NCBI GenBank assembly: GCA_963667785.2
Contig: CAXXMU010000001.1
Span: forward strand, 480,001 to 544,000
Length of the DNA stretch: 64,000 nucleotides
DNA from: Alphaproteobacteria bacterium
Lineage (GTDB): Bacteria > Pseudomonadota > Alphaproteobacteria > UBA828
Direction: 5' to 3'
This document shows positions 43,014-52,666 of the stretch, piece after piece. A program made the position numbers and the translations under genes. The notes under the pieces were generated by a model. That model was not told where the DNA came from. It saw only the letters and a program-made list of their open reading frames with translations, and did no database searches. Each line of letters opens with the position of its first letter. Position 1 is the first letter of the stretch.

Positions 43014-43184
43014 AGCGAGTCCGTCTATGACGGACTCGCGACAGGCCGCGACAGCGGCCCGCCGCGCATGCGGCGCCCTCGCGGAGGCGCCGGCCGTCGC
43101 GCCGGCAGGCGCGCGTCCCGCGCGACGGCCGGCTGCCGTGAGCGATAAAGAGCAAGGTGCCTCCCCGTACAACGGAGACACCTA
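43011..43184 (+). repeat. palindromic intergenic repeat, copy 3
   Basis: TAGAGCGAGTCCGTC-TAT-GACGGACTCGC hairpin, shared core modules, degenerate end hairpin ending CTA at 43182-43184. Confidence 0.88.
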
Positions 43185-43200
43185 GGCCGCTGCGCGCGGG

Positions 43201-44214
43201 CTACTCCGCCGAGACCTTCACCAGCAACTTGCCGAAGTTGCGCCCGTCGAAAAGGCGCTGAAAGGCGACGGGCGCGTTCTCGAGGCCGTCCACGACGTCC
43301 TCCCGGAAGGCGATCCGTCCGTCCGCCAGCCAGCGGGCGAGCCGCCGGCGCGCGTGCTCGTAGTGGGCGCCGTAGGAGAAGATGTTGAAGCCCTTCACCT
43401 CGGTCTCGGTGAAGAGGATCGGGGCGAGGTGGCTCGCGACCCGGGGCGGCTCGGTCGCGTTGTAGTGGGAGATGCCGCCGCAGATCACCACGCGTGCGCC
43501 GTTGGCGAGCAGGGGATAGATCGCATCGCCAATGGGTCCGCCGACATTCTCGAAGTAGACGTCGATCCCGTCCGGGCAGGCCGCGCCAAGCGCTGCGGGC
43601 AGGTCGCCCTCGTGACGGTCGATGACCGCATCGAAGCCGAGTTCCTGGGTGAGGTAGCGGAGCTTCTCCGCACCGCCGGCGATGCCGACCACGCGGCAGC
43701 CCGCGATCTTCGCCACCTGGCCCGCGACCGCGCCGACCGCACCTGCCGCCGCCGAGATCACCACCGTGTCGCCCGGCGCCGGCCGGCCGACCTTGACCAG
43801 CCCGAGATAGGCGGTGAGCCCCGGCATGCCGAGCACGCCGACCGCCGTCGACAGCGGCCCCAGCGCCGGGTCGACCTTGCGCGCGGCCGCGCCTTGCGCG
43901 ATGGCGTAGTCCTGCCAGCCGGTGTAGTCGTCGACGATGTCGCCGGGCGCGAAGCCCGGGTGCCGGCTCTCCACGACGCGGCTGACGGCGCCGCCCACGA
44001 TCGCCTCGCCGAGCGGGATCGGCGGGTAGTAGCGGAGGTCCGTCCCCATCCTGAGCCGCATGTAGGGGTCGAGCGAGAGCCAGATCGTCCTGACCAGCAG
44101 CTCGCTGTCCGCCGGCGTCGGCACCGGCGCTTCGACGAGGCGGAAGTCAGTCTCCTGCGGTGCGCCCACCGGGCGCCGGGCGAGGACGATCTGGCGGTTG
44201 GTATCGGCTGTCAT
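43201..44214 (-). CDS. NADP-dependent oxidoreductase (CurA / prostaglandin reductase-like MDR)
   Basis: [45 protein letters not shown]. Confidence 0.92.
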   Translation of the reverse strand: MTADTNRQIVLARRPVGAPQETDFRLVEAPVPTPADSELLVRTIWLSLDPYMRLRMGTDLRYYPPIPLGEAIVGGAVSRVVESRHPGFAPGDIVDDYTGWQDYAIAQGAAARKVDPALGPLSTAVGVLGMPGLTAYLGLVKVGRPAPGDTVVISAAAGAVGAVAGQVAKIAGCRVVGIAGGAEKLRYLTQELGFDAVIDRHEGDLPAALGAACPDGIDVYFENVGGPIGDAIYPLLANGARVVICGGISHYNATEPPRVASHLAPILFTETEVKGFNIFSYGAHYEHARRRLARWLADGRIAFREDVVDGLENAPVAFQRLFDGRNFGKLLVKVSAE

Positions 44215-44351
44215 GGGCGCTGCTCCCCCTCTGCTCGCGGCGGAGTCTATGCGAGCGGCGGCCGGCGGCAAGTCGGGCGGCAAATTCGGCTGTCTTCGGC
44301 GCCGTGCGCCGACTACTCTGGCCCTCCTTGGCAAGAGGGAGGCGACGGCCG

Positions 44352-45047
44352 ATGAACCTCAACCCGACCGAGCGGGAGCGGCTTATCATCTTCCAGGCCG
44401 CCCAGCTCGCGCGCGAGCACCGGCGCCGCGGCATCAGGCTCAGCCACCCGGAGGCGCTCGCCTACATCTGCGACGAGCTCCTCATGGGCGCCCGCGAGGG
44501 CCGTGCGCTCAAGGACCTCATGGGCTACGGGGCGGAGATTCTCGACGCCGACGACGTGATGGCCGGCGTGCCCGAGCTCATGCCGGTGATCCATGTCGAG
44601 GCGATGTTCCCGGACGGCGCCAAGCTCATCACCGTCCATCAGCCGATCCGGCCCGGCAAGGAGCAGCGCTCGCCCGGCTTCCGCGCCGGCGAGATCATCA
44701 CGCCGGACGAGGAGATCGAGCTGAACGCCGGCCGCAGGACCGCGTCCGTCACCGTCACCAACACAGGCGACCGCCCGGTGCAGATCGGCAGCCACTTCCA
44801 CTTCTTCGAGATCAACCGGGCGCTCGAGTTCGATCGCGCGGCGACCTTCGGCATGCGCCTCGACATCCCGTCGGGCACGGCCGTCCGCTTCGAGCCGGGG
44901 CAGGAGAAGGAGGTGGCGCTGGTGGAGATCGGCGGCCGCGGCCGGGTCAGCGGCTTCAACAACCTCACCGAGGGCATGATCGATTCGCCCGCCGTGAAGG
45001 AGCAGGCGATCGGCCGCGCCAGGGCGCGCGGCTTCCGGGGAGCGTAG
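44352..45047 (+). CDS. ureAB: urease-like fused gamma/beta subunit
   Basis: MNLNPTERE...[14 protein letters not shown] (gamma) fused to GEII...[17 protein letters not shown]...GTAVRFEPG (beta). Confidence 0.88.
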   Translation: MNLNPTERERLIIFQAAQLAREHRRRGIRLSHPEALAYICDELLMGAREGRALKDLMGYGAEILDADDVMAGVPELMPVIHVEAMFPDGAKLITVHQPIRPGKEQRSPGFRAGEIITPDEEIELNAGRRTASVTVTNTGDRPVQIGSHFHFFEINRALEFDRAATFGMRLDIPSGTAVRFEPGQEKEVALVEIGGRGRVSGFNNLTEGMIDSPAVKEQAIGRARARGFRGA

Positions 45048-45051
45048 GCAG

Positions 45052-46761
45052 ATGGTGAAGATCCCGCGCGAGACCTATGCCCGCTACTACGGGCCGACCA
45101 AGGGCGACAGGATCAGGCTCGGCGACACCGCGCTGATCGGCGAGATCGAGCACGACCACACGTCATACGGCGACGAGTGCTGGACCGGCGCCGGCCGCGT
45201 GATGCGCGACGGCATGTCCTACGACGCCCATACGTCCGCGGCCGACGGCGCCATCGACATGCTGGTCGAGAATGCGACCGTCATCGACCCGGTGCTGGGG
45301 CTGGTGAAGGCCGATATCGGCATCAAGGACGGCAAGATCGCCGGCGTCGGCAAGGCCGGCAATCCCAACACCCAGGAGGGCGTGGACCCTGCTCTCGTCT
45401 GCGGCCCCAACACCACCTACTACCCGGCCGGCGGCCTGATCGTGACCCCCGGCGGCATCGACGTGCACGTGCACTGGATGTCGGCGGAGCAGTGCAACCA
45501 CGCGCTGGCGAGCGGGCTCACCACCATGATCGGCGGCACCATGGGGCCGCTCTTCGCCATCGATTGCGGCGGGCCCTGGAACACCTACCGGATGATCGAG
45601 GCCTCGGAGGCGTGGCCGCTCAATTTCGGCTTCTTCGGGCGCGGCTCGTCGCACGATCCGGCGACCGTCGCCGAGCACCTCGACGGCGCCATCATCGGCG
45701 TCAAGATCCACGAGGACTACGGCGCCATGCCCGCCACCATCGACGCCTGCCTGCAGGCGTCCGCCGAGCACGACTTCCCGGTGCAGATCCACACCGACAC
45801 GCTGAACGAATCCGGCTTCTACGAGGACACGATGGCGGCGATCGCCGGCCGCCCCATCCATATGTACCACACCGAAGGCTCCGGCGGCGGCCATGCGCCC
45901 GACATCATCCGCTGCAACGGCGAGCCCCACTGCCTGCCGTCGTCGACCAACCCGACCAACCCCTACACGGTCAACGTCTTCGACGAGCAGCTCGACATGA
46001 CCATGGCCTGCCACCTGCTGCGCTACGACCTGCCGGAGGACGTGGCGTTCGCCGAGAGCCGGGTGCGCCACGGCACCATCGCGGCCGAAGACGTGCTGCA
46101 CGACATCGGCGCGGTCTCGATGTTCGGCTCCGACAGCCAGGGCATGGGGCGGATCAACGAGGTCATCACCCGCTGCTGGCAGCTCGCGAGCAAGATGCGC
46201 GACCAGCGCGGCCGGCTGCCCGAGGAGACCACGGCCGACGCCGACAACGAGCGCATCAAGCGCTACATCGCGAAATACACCATCAACCCCGCCATCGCCT
46301 TCGGCATCGATCGCTACGTGGGCTCGCTGGAGCCGGGCAAGATGGCCGATCTCGTGACCTGGAAGCCCGCCTTCTTCGGCATCAAGCCCTTCGGCGTCAT
46401 CAAGGGCGGCTTCGTCGCCTGGGGCGCGAGCGGCGACCCCTCGGGCAGCTATTTCCAGACCGAGCCGGTCATCATGCGGCCCCAGTTCGGCCATCACGGC
46501 CGCGCGCCGCAGAGCTTGAGCGCCACCTTCGCCCACCAGCGCGCGCTCGATATCGACGTGCCCGGCCGCCTCGGCATCGCCAAGCCGATCCTGCCGATCG
46601 GGAGCTTCACCAGGCTCACCAAGAAGGACATGCTGCACAACGACGCCTGCCCCGATATCCGCGTCGATTCCCAGACCTTCGAGGTCTTCGTCGACGGCAC
46701 GCTCGCGGCCTGCGAGCCGATCGAGACGATCACCCTCGGCCAGAACTACCTGCTGCGCTGA
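45052..46761 (+). CDS. ureC: urease-like alpha subunit (divergent)
   Basis: [57 protein letters not shown]. Confidence 0.85.
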   Translation: MVKIPRETYARYYGPTKGDRIRLGDTALIGEIEHDHTSYGDECWTGAGRVMRDGMSYDAHTSAADGAIDMLVENATVIDPVLGLVKADIGIKDGKIAGVGKAGNPNTQEGVDPALVCGPNTTYYPAGGLIVTPGGIDVHVHWMSAEQCNHALASGLTTMIGGTMGPLFAIDCGGPWNTYRMIEASEAWPLNFGFFGRGSSHDPATVAEHLDGAIIGVKIHEDYGAMPATIDACLQASAEHDFPVQIHTDTLNESGFYEDTMAAIAGRPIHMYHTEGSGGGHAPDIIRCNGEPHCLPSSTNPTNPYTVNVFDEQLDMTMACHLLRYDLPEDVAFAESRVRHGTIAAEDVLHDIGAVSMFGSDSQGMGRINEVITRCWQLASKMRDQRGRLPEETTADADNERIKRYIAKYTINPAIAFGIDRYVGSLEPGKMADLVTWKPAFFGIKPFGVIKGGFVAWGASGDPSGSYFQTEPVIMRPQFGHHGRAPQSLSATFAHQRALDIDVPGRLGIAKPILPIGSFTRLTKKDMLHNDACPDIRVDSQTFEVFVDGTLAACEPIETITLGQNYLLR

Positions 46762-46785
46762 GCCCGCCCCTTGGCTGCCGCCGCC

Positions 46786-47628
46786 ATGCCGCTCGCGCGG
46801 CCCAACGACGGGCCGCAGGCCGCGCTCCGCTTCGCCCGCGCGCCCGACGGGCAGAGCTACATCGCCCGCCAGCGCGTGGGCTACCCGTTCCACATCACCC
46901 GGCCATTCTATCTCGACGACGAGCCTGCCGGGGCGCTGACGCTCTACCTCCAGTCCGTCTCCGGCGGCATCTATCAGGGCGAAGACCTCCGCATGATCTG
47001 CACGGCGGATGCCGGCAGCAGCGCCCACGTGACCACCCAGGCGGCGACCATCGTCCACCGCATGCCCGCCGCGCCGGCACGGCAGACGGTCGCGCTGGAG
47101 GCCGCGGACGGCGCGCTGCTCGAGTATCTGCCGGACCCGCTGATCCTGTTCCCCGGCGCCCGGCTCTCCTCGGTGCTGGAGATCGATGCCGCGCCGGGCG
47201 CCACGGTCATCGCGTCGGAGAGCTTCGCCCACCACGACCCCGGCGGCGAGGAGCGGCGCTTCGACCGCTTCGAGGCGGAGATGCGCCTGAACGACGGGAA
47301 CGGCCGGCTGCTCGCGCTGGAGCGCTATGCCACGTCGGGCGAGCGGCTCGCGCCGGGCGCGGGCCAGGTCGCGCGCTGGCCTGCGCAGGGCAGCTTCGTC
47401 GTCGCCCATCGCGGCCTTTCGCGGGAGGCGATCCTGACCGCGCTACGCGACGCGCTTCCGCCCTCGGACGCGCTCTATGCCGGCGCCTCGGCGCTCCCCA
47501 ACGAAGCGGGTATCGGCGTGCGCCTGCTCGCCCGCGACGGGGCCGCGCTCAGGCGCGGGCTGGAGGCGGCCTGGCGCGCGGTCCGGCTCGTGCTCCACGG
47601 CGCCCCGCCGGCGCCGCGCCGTAAGTGA
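46786..47628 (+). CDS. ureD: urease accessory protein UreD/UreH
   Basis: YPFHITRPF, SGGIYQGE, TTQAAT, LEYLPDPLILFPGA; alternative TTG start 46771. Confidence 0.85.
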   Translation: MPLARPNDGPQAALRFARAPDGQSYIARQRVGYPFHITRPFYLDDEPAGALTLYLQSVSGGIYQGEDLRMICTADAGSSAHVTTQAATIVHRMPAAPARQTVALEAADGALLEYLPDPLILFPGARLSSVLEIDAAPGATVIASESFAHHDPGGEERRFDRFEAEMRLNDGNGRLLALERYATSGERLAPGAGQVARWPAQGSFVVAHRGLSREAILTALRDALPPSDALYAGASALPNEAGIGVRLLARDGAALRRGLEAAWRAVRLVLHGAPPAPRRK

Positions 47629-47641
47629 GCCATTCCCGCCG

Positions 47642-48025
47642 TTAGAGCACGCTGGCGATGTCGGTCCGCGCGAAGTCCTTCCCGACATAGAGCAGGGGGC
47701 AACCGCGCGCTCTCGCGACGTCGTACGCGAAGCAGTCTCCGAAGTTCAGCCCGGCCGGATCGACGCCCTTGCCCCATCGCGCATAGATTTGCGCGACCCG
47801 CCGCGCCACGGCCAGGGTTACCGTCTCCACGTCGAGGCCGAGGCCGTTGACGAGTCTGGCCATCTCGGTGCCGAGGCTCCGCCTCTCGGCGACGACGAGC
47901 GCTTCGGCGACCGTCGCGGCGGAAATGGCGATTCGGTCGCTGCCGGCCAGCGCCTCCGCGCAGGCCGCCGTCTGCTCTTCGTCCAGCAGGACCGCAATCA
48001 GGGCCGAGGTGTCGACCGCGATCAC
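47642..48025 (-). CDS. vapC: VapC PIN-domain toxin
   Basis: VDTSALIAVL, LNFGDCFAY, LLYVGKDF. Confidence 0.9.
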   Translation of the reverse strand: MIAVDTSALIAVLLDEEQTAACAEALAGSDRIAISAATVAEALVVAERRSLGTEMARLVNGLGLDVETVTLAVARRVAQIYARWGKGVDPAGLNFGDCFAYDVARARGCPLLYVGKDFARTDIASVL

Positions 48026-48279
48026 CTGGGCAGACCATCGTCGTCATAGAGAAAGTCCTGGCTGCGAGCCGCGCCGGGGCCGGCGCGCCGCTTATCTGCG
48101 GCGGCCGCCTGCACGGCAGCAATCAGCGCCCGCCGGGCTGCGGCATCGGGCCGGGGCTGCACCGGCTCCAGCCTGACGGTCTCCTTGCCGTGGCGGGTGA
48201 GCACCACCTCGTCGCCGGCTTCAGCCCGGCGGACGAGCTCGGTCAGTTGCCCCTTCGCGTCGCTCACGGAGATTCGCAT
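48022..48279 (-). CDS. Phd/YefM family antitoxin
   Basis: ISVSDAKGQLTELVRRAEAGDEVVLTRHG; 4-bp overlap with vapC. Confidence 0.9.
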   Translation of the reverse strand: MRISVSDAKGQLTELVRRAEAGDEVVLTRHGKETVRLEPVQPRPDAAARRALIAAVQAAAADKRRAGPGAARSQDFLYDDDGLPR

Positions 48280-48315
48280 CGGCCTGTATTCCTAGAGGCG
48301 TGACGGTGCTCCCTG

Positions 48316-48344
48316 AATATGGACCAATGAATAGTCTAAATCAA
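48316..48344 (-). promoter_or_regulatory. putative promoter/operator of the phd-vapC operon
   Basis: Minus strand TTGATT - 17 nt - CATATT, with an imperfect inverted repeat TAGACTA...TGGTCCA in the spacer. Confidence 0.45.
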
Positions 48345-48424
48345 GGCCCGCGGCTGAGGCGCCGTCCGGCACACAATGTGGTGAGGCCCTTGATCGCTGC
48401 GCGCGGCCTGCCAAGGTTGGTGCC

Positions 48425-49129
48425 ATGCACGTGCTGCTCGTCGAAGACGATGGCGAGACCGCCCGCTACCTCGAGAAGGGCCTGAGCGAGAGCGGCCACG
48501 TGGTCGAGCTCGCCCGCGACGGGGCGGACGGGCTCGCTCTCGCGCTCGACAACAGGTTCGACGCGCTCGTGGTCGACCGCATGCTTCCCGGCCTCGACGG
48601 GCTCTCGCTGATCGAGACGCTGCGCCGCAAGGGCAGGCGCACGCCGGTGCTGATCCTCAGCGCGCTCGCCCAGGTGGACGACCGGGTGGAGGGGCTGAGG
48701 GCGGGCGGCGACGACTACCTGACCAAGCCCTTCGCCTTCTCCGAGCTGCTGGCGCGGCTCGAGGCGCTGATCCGCCGCGCGGACGGCGCAGGCGGCGAGA
48801 CCCGCCTCCGCCTCGCGGACCTGGAGATCAACCTGCTCACCCGCGAGGTGACGCGGGCGGGCCGCGAGATCGCCCTGCAGCCGCGCGAGTTCGCCCTGCT
48901 CGCCTACCTCGTGCGCCATGCGGGGCAGGTGGTGACGCGCACGATGCTGCTGGAGCGGGTCTGGGGCTATCACTTCGATCCGCAGACCAACGTGATCGAC
49001 GTCCATGTGAGCCGGCTGCGCGGCAAGATCGACAAGGGCTTCCGCGCGCCGCTGATCCAGACCGTGCGCGGCGTCGGCTACTGCCTGCGTGCGCCCGCGC
49101 GCGAGGACGCGGGACGTGCCGACGACTAG
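48425..49129 (+). CDS. OmpR-family response regulator (CusR/CopR-like)
   Basis: LLVEDD, DRMLPG, DDYLTKPF, VWGYHFDPQTNVIDVHVSRLR, TVRGVGY. Confidence 0.93.
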   Translation: MHVLLVEDDGETARYLEKGLSESGHVVELARDGADGLALALDNRFDALVVDRMLPGLDGLSLIETLRRKGRRTPVLILSALAQVDDRVEGLRAGGDDYLTKPFAFSELLARLEALIRRADGAGGETRLRLADLEINLLTREVTRAGREIALQPREFALLAYLVRHAGQVVTRTMLLERVWGYHFDPQTNVIDVHVSRLRGKIDKGFRAPLIQTVRGVGYCLRAPAREDAGRADD

Positions 49130-50510
49130 GACGACAAGGCTCCTCCGGACCTCGACGTTCCGGCTCTCGCTCCTCTACGTCTGCCTCTTCGGCGCTTCCG
49201 TCCTGGTGCTGCTCGCGTTCATCTACTGGACCACGGTGCGGGTCATCGACGAGCAGACCGAGGCCACCATCGAGGCCGAGGTGCGCGGCCTCGCCGAGCA
49301 GTACCGGGCGCGGGGCATCCGCCAGCTCGTCGCCGTCATCGAGGAGCGGAGCGGTCCCTTCGGCGATTCGGACAGCATCTATCTCCTGGCCGACCCCGGG
49401 TTCCGGCCGCTCGCCGGCAACCTCAGCGCTTGGCCGCGCGAGGCAATCGGGACGGAGGACGGCTGGGTGGAGATCTCCGCCCGGCGCGCGAGCGGGGAGG
49501 AGGCGCGCGGCACGCTCCGCGCCCATACCTTCGTCCTGCCAGGCGACTTCCGCCTCCTTGTCGGCCGCGATCCCCGCGGCCGGGCCGACTTCGAGGACCT
49601 GATCCTCGAATCCCTCGGCGGCGCGCTCGGCATCACGCTGGTCCTCGGCCTGCTCGGCGGCCTCGTCATGAGCCGCCGGATGCTGCGCCGGGTCGACGCG
49701 GTGCGCGAGACCGGCCAGCGCATCGTGCGGGGCGATCTCTCGCGGCGCATGCCGGTCACCGGCGTCGGCGACGAGTTCGACCGCCTCTCGATCACGGTCA
49801 ACGAGATGCTCGACGAGATCGAGACCCTGATGACCGGATTGCGCACGGTGACCGATAGTGTCGCGCACGACCTGCGCAGCCCGCTCACCAGGCTCAAGTC
49901 GCGGCTGGAGCTCGCGCTCCGCGACGGCCCGGGGGAGGGACAGGGCCACCGTGCCGCGCTCGAGCGCGCGATCGCCGAGACCGACGGCATCCTGCGCACC
50001 TTCGCCACGCTGATGGAGATCGCCCGCGCCGAGTCCGGAAAGGCGGGCATCGCCATGGGGCCGCTCGACCTCCGCGCCACCGTCGCCGACGTGGTCGAGC
50101 TCTATGCCCCGCTCGCCGAGGAGAAGGGCCTCGCCATCGAGGCCGCGCTCGACGACGTGGGCGCGGTGACCGGCCACGGCCAGTTCCTCTCCCAGCTCGT
50201 CGCCAATCTGCTCGACAATGCGCTCGGCTACACGGCCGAGGGCCGAATCCGGGTCGGGCTGACGCGCGAGGTTTCCGGCGTCGTCCGCCTCACGGTGGAA
50301 GATTCCGGGCCCGGCATCCCGCCGGCGGAGCGCGAGCGCGTGCTGCAGCGCTTCGTCCGCCTCGATTCGAGCCGCAGCGGTGGCGGCAGCGGCCTCGGGC
50401 TCAGCCTCGTCGCCGGCGTGGCCTCGCTCCACCGCGCCGCCCTCGTGCTCGACGAGAGCCCGCTGGGAGGCCTGCTCGTCTGCGTGAGCTTCCCGCCGCC
50501 GGCCGAATGA
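49116..50510 (+). CDS. HAMP-domain sensor histidine kinase
   Basis: Two TM segments, GDEFDRL, AHDLRSPL, NLLDNA, DSGPGI, GSGLGL; start inferred. Confidence 0.92.
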   Translation: MPTTRTTRLLRTSTFRLSLLYVCLFGASVLVLLAFIYWTTVRVIDEQTEATIEAEVRGLAEQYRARGIRQLVAVIEERSGPFGDSDSIYLLADPGFRPLAGNLSAWPREAIGTEDGWVEISARRASGEEARGTLRAHTFVLPGDFRLLVGRDPRGRADFEDLILESLGGALGITLVLGLLGGLVMSRRMLRRVDAVRETGQRIVRGDLSRRMPVTGVGDEFDRLSITVNEMLDEIETLMTGLRTVTDSVAHDLRSPLTRLKSRLELALRDGPGEGQGHRAALERAIAETDGILRTFATLMEIARAESGKAGIAMGPLDLRATVADVVELYAPLAEEKGLAIEAALDDVGAVTGHGQFLSQLVANLLDNALGYTAEGRIRVGLTREVSGVVRLTVEDSGPGIPPAERERVLQRFVRLDSSRSGGGSGLGLSLVAGVASLHRAALVLDESPLGGLLVCVSFPPPAE

Positions 50511-50535
50511 GCCGGCCGCACGGGGCACTCGCTCG

Positions 50536-50910
50536 CTACCCGCTTTCGAACCGCTGGCGGAGCGCCTCGACGCGGCGTCTGTTCACGCCGGAGTCAGATA
50601 AGGCGTAGAAGGCGCGCGAGGCGGAGCGGACGTGGATGACCCCGTCCGCCGGCGAGAGCTGGCACTCCAGATCGTCGACGAAGCGGAACAGCCGCGTCCG
50701 GCACTCGGCGTGGAAGTAGTCGTCGGTCGCGGAGACGATCTCGGTCCGTTCCATCTCCGCCACCAGGCCCTTCAGCCGGGCGAAGGCCGCGGCGGGATCG
50801 CCTGAGAAGGCGAGGGGCGCGACGCGGTGACGGGGCGCCGCGTCGGCACGGCTGCAGACGCAGATGGGAAGGAACGGGCAGGGCGCGAGCTTGTCGGATA
50901 CTGCCGGCAT
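50536..50910 (-). CDS. DUF1499 family protein
   Basis: LAPCP...CVCS, FRFVDDLE, IHVRSASR...SDSGVNRRRVE. Confidence 0.85.
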   Translation of the reverse strand: MPAVSDKLAPCPFLPICVCSRADAAPRHRVAPLAFSGDPAAAFARLKGLVAEMERTEIVSATDDYFHAECRTRLFRFVDDLECQLSPADGVIHVRSASRAFYALSDSGVNRRRVEALRQRFESG

Positions 50911-51055
50911 GGTCCCCACTCGTTGCGCTGAGGCGGACCGAAGCATGACAAAGAGTTAATCCGGCGTCCATCGTGACGACAGCTTGCCTTGCCATAGATG
51001 GCGTGCGGCCCGCCCGTGGCCGTGACGGCAAACGGCAACGGCAAGTGAGGAAACG

Positions 51056-52579
51056 ATGAGCACACTCTCACCGCATCGCAAACGAATGGTCATCGTGGGG
51101 GCCCTGGCGGGCCTCGGCATGATCGCGGCGGCCGGCGGCGGCCTGGCCACGTCGCTCAAGGCGGCGACGGCGGTCACGCCGCCGTCTGCGGTCGATCAGG
51201 TCTTCGCCACGCCGAGCCTCGCCGGCGTCGTGGAGACGGTGAGCCCGGCGGTGGTCTCGATCGAGGTCACGCGCAAGGCCCGGCCCGCGCCCGCGGCCCA
51301 GCAACGGCACGGCCCCCAGCTTCCCGAGCACCTGAAGCGCTTCTTCGGTGAGGACTTCGCCGAGCGCTTCGGCCGCAATCGGCAGTTCGGGCCCGGCTTC
51401 GAGGGCCCGAGCGGGGGCATCGGCTCGGGCTTCATCGTGGACGCAGACGGCTACATCGTGACCAGTAATCACGTCATCGCCGGCGGCGAGACCATGACCG
51501 TGATCCTGGACGACGGCACCCGGCTCGACGCCTCGGTCGTCGGCGGTGACGGCAGGACCGACCTCGCCCTGCTCAAGGTCGAGGCGGACGGGCCGCTGCC
51601 GGCGGTGCGCTTCGCGGCGGGTGACGACATCCGCGTCGGCGACTGGGTGGTCGCCATCGGCAATCCCTTCGGCGTGGGCAAGACCGCGACCTTCGGCATC
51701 GTCTCGGCGCAGGGCCGCGGCACCGGCCAGAGCCCCTATCATGACCATCTCCAGATCGACGCGCCGATCAATCGCGGCAATTCGGGCGGCCCCAGCGTCA
51801 ATCTGCATGGCGAGGTCATCGGCGTGAACACCTCCATCGTCTCGCCCACCGGCGGCAATGTCGGGATCGGCTTCGCGGTGCCCGCCGCCACGGCCAAGAC
51901 CGTGATCGACGATCTCAAGACCCATGGCCGGGTCATGCGCGGCTGGCTGGGAGTCCAGATCCAGCCGGTCACCCAGGACATCGCATCGAGCCTCGGGCTG
52001 GACGGCAGAGAGGGCGCCATCGTCGCCCGCGTGCAGCCGGACAGCCCGGCGGCCGCCGCGGGGCTGGAGACCGGCGACGTGATCACCGCCGTGGACCAGG
52101 CGCAGGTGGATGACGTGCGGGCGCTCACCCGCATGATCGCCGCCATCGACGCCGGCACGCCTGCCACGCTCACCGTCTGGCGCGACGGGGAGGCCATGGA
52201 GCTTGCGGCCGAGATCGCCAACGCGGCGCCCATGGTCGAGGCGAGCGCGGAGGCCGCGGAGACGGCCGAGGCCGGCCGTCTCGATACCCTCGGCCTGCGG
52301 CTCGAGAACCTCGACCCGGCGGCGCCGGCGGGCGCCGATGCGGATGGCGGCCAGGGTGCCGTTGTGGTCGCCGACGTGGCGCCCGGCAGCGCCGCGGCGC
52401 GCAAGGGCGTCCGCCCCGGCGACGTAATCGTCACCGTCGGCAACGAGCCCGTCGGTACGATCGCGGAGGTGACCGAGCGCATCGATGCGGCCAGGGAGCT
52501 GGGGCGCGAGGCCGTCCTGCTCCTGATGAGCCGTGACGGGAGCGAGCGCTTCGTCGCTCTTCCCTTCGCCACGTCGTGA
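51056..52579 (+). CDS. degP: Do/DegP (HtrA) serine protease with two PDZ domains
   Basis: GSGFIV, TSNHVI, TDLALLK, IDAPINRGNSGG, RGWLGV. Confidence 0.9.
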   Translation: MSTLSPHRKRMVIVGALAGLGMIAAAGGGLATSLKAATAVTPPSAVDQVFATPSLAGVVETVSPAVVSIEVTRKARPAPAAQQRHGPQLPEHLKRFFGEDFAERFGRNRQFGPGFEGPSGGIGSGFIVDADGYIVTSNHVIAGGETMTVILDDGTRLDASVVGGDGRTDLALLKVEADGPLPAVRFAAGDDIRVGDWVVAIGNPFGVGKTATFGIVSAQGRGTGQSPYHDHLQIDAPINRGNSGGPSVNLHGEVIGVNTSIVSPTGGNVGIGFAVPAATAKTVIDDLKTHGRVMRGWLGVQIQPVTQDIASSLGLDGREGAIVARVQPDSPAAAAGLETGDVITAVDQAQVDDVRALTRMIAAIDAGTPATLTVWRDGEAMELAAEIANAAPMVEASAEAAETAEAGRLDTLGLRLENLDPAAPAGADADGGQGAVVVADVAPGSAAARKGVRPGDVIVTVGNEPVGTIAEVTERIDAARELGREAVLLLMSRDGSERFVALPFATS

Positions 52580-52666
52580 GGGCAGGGGGGCCGGCGCTCC
52601 CGACACCGGGCGCCGGCCCTCGCCCGACCAGAACGCGCCGCCGGTGGCCTCTGCCGCCGGCGGCTT

